Assembly: GCF_006345805.1 (NCBI RefSeq) | Contig: NC_043006.1 | Span: 91,264,001-91,328,000, forward strand | Length of the DNA stretch: 64,000 nucleotides | Direction: 5' to 3' | Origin: Octopus sinensis | Lineage: Eukaryota | Translations under genes and position numbers: made by a program | Part shown: positions 62,480 through 64,000 of the stretch, piece after piece | Layout of the letters: each line of letters opens with the position of its first letter | Numbering within the stretch: the first letter of the stretch is position 1 | The notes under the pieces: generated by a model | What the model was told of the DNA's origin: nothing | Database searches by the model: none | The model's input: only the letters and a program-made list of their open reading frames with translations

Positions 62480-63790
62480 TCAGTGGTTCGGCGTTTCTTC
62501 ATCCTCTTTTTCTTTTTCTTTTCCTCGGGCTCGTGGCGTATTTGGACGTAGGCCCTCGTAAATATATGGAGAAAAATCCATTGTTAGAGGGCCTACGTCG
62601 TAGAAGAATTTGGACTTAATCCGCCCGTAATCCTTCCGGCCTATCTTGTAGATAAGGAAGTCTTTCGATGTAGTTGTTTCAACTCGTTTGGCAGTTGGGA
62701 TAACTGCCAAACGGTTGACTAGTCTGTTGTTTCATGCCTTTAAGGCCATCTACGTATTTTGTGTTTTTTTTCTTTTTCTTAGAAGTAGTCGACCACCCCT
62801 CCTCTCTGTCTTTCTCTTCACTTTCTTCTGTCGCTGGTGATGGTGTTTCTTTTGGTGTTGGTACTGGTGTTTCTTTTGGTGTTGGTACTGGTGTTTCTTT
62901 TGGTGTTGGTAATGGTGTTTCTTTTGGTGTTGGTACTGGTGTTGTCTCCTCTGGTGTTTCTTCTTTTCTTTCCTTCTCTTTTGGTTGGCACTCGGCTCTG
63001 ATGTGTCCCTTCAACCCGCAGTTGAAGCATCTCGGTTTTCTGCCTTCCACGAATACTATCAGCCGCTCGCCTCCGCCAACATTTATGGCTTCTGGAATTT
63101 CTTCTAAGGTTGCTACCTCCGCTTGAATTGCCATCGTCAAGCATTGCCTATTCCAATGCTCTTCCACTTCTACCGAGGCCTGGAGAATATTTATTTTTTC
63201 ATCCAGGCCTAATGTTATTGCTGCCACTAAACAAGTGGCATCCACTTCAGAGGGGATGTTATTTATTTTTATTTTTGATGTTCTTCTTCACATGTATATT
63301 GGAAGAAGAACCACCTCCTCTGTTTTGAGTGTCTCCGAAGAGTACTTTTTCGCTGCTTCTTCTGTTTTAAACCTTACTTCTACTGTACCGAACCTTTTTC
63401 CACGGTTGATGTAGGTGATTTCGGGCCAAATTGGTTTCAGGCATTTTTCTACTTTTTTTCCTCTATTCTTTGAATCATTTTTTAAACTATGCTGTACGTC
63501 TTGTAGATGATCCTTTTCCTGTTTACTGCGTCGGTCGTTCCTTCTGTTGTAGCCACAGTAATTTCCGTTCCTTCTTTTTTCAACATGTGCATATATTTTT
63601 CTAAATTACTCTTTTCAGTATTTAGCTTCTTTTCCTTTTTACCAGCTACCTCTGCGAATTTCTTCGGTGAGACTGCTGGTGTTTTTTCGCTTTGTTTTTT
63701 TCGGTGTTACTGCTGGTGAACTACTTTCTTCACCTGACACAGGTGAGAAAGAGAAAGATGTATGCATTTCCATTTTTTCACAACAAGTTG
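62480..63790 (-). pseudogene. Tx1 ORF1 (RRM-like, CCHC knuckle, TPVPTPKE repeats), with stops and frameshifts
   Basis: ORF 62679-63245 carries CFNCGLKGHIRAEC. Upstream frames align to the ORF1 of copy 1. Confidence 0.8.
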
Positions 63791-64000
63791 GCTTAAAAAA
63801 GCCTTTCACAAAAATTGGCTTCAAAAGCCTTTCACAAAAAATTGGCTTAAAGAGCCACAAGATAACAATAATTACCCTGCAGGGGATAATTTCAACAAAT
63901 AGCTTTCAAAGAAAGCAAGTAACAGTTCTTTTTAAAAACAATAACGATAATTCACAGTAACAATAACAATATTTACAGGGAAAAAATTGACACGTACCAA

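Larger units (their letters stand above)
58846..63960 (-). mobile_element. Tx1-clade LINE copy 2, near full length, decayed
   Basis: ORF1 has KFAEVAG, RIIYK, VEKCLKPIW and VFVEGRKPRCFNCGLKGHIRAEC. ORF2 has GCLNVRGL, ATETRL, GDYN, YIDRVL, YSDHK, KAPGLDGLPYELY, LDQSKAFDRVDH, VRQGCPFSP, YADD and CPRC...ETVPHAIVQC. A 3' UTR runs to an AATAAAAAA end near 58850. Confidence 0.93.

Overview
Repeat-dominated eukaryotic DNA with no confidently identifiable host protein-coding gene. The SINE families, microsatellite density and LINE repertoire suggest an octopus or other coleoid cephalopod genome (inference, not database-checked). Retroelements: three decayed Tx1-clade LINE copies, two copies of an R4/Dong-clade RLE LINE sitting in (TAA)n tracts, a Penelope-like RT, and RTE 5' and 3' remnants. 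DNA transposons: a DD37D (maT) Tc1/mariner deletion derivative, a mariner remnant, hAT and other MITE-like hairpins. There are also about 25 tRNA-derived SINE copies of several families and abundant microsatellites, which account for most ORF-track entries. Best leads: (1) at least seven minimal type I hammerhead-ribozyme-like motifs in short repeats; (2) a tRNA-headed, (TAA)n-containing, hammerhead-bearing element split by an R4 insertion and paired head-to-head with a second copy; (3) a SINE 3' tail matching the 3' end of a Tx1-clade LINE in the same window. SINE and TE boundaries were read by eye and are approximate to about 10-20 bp.
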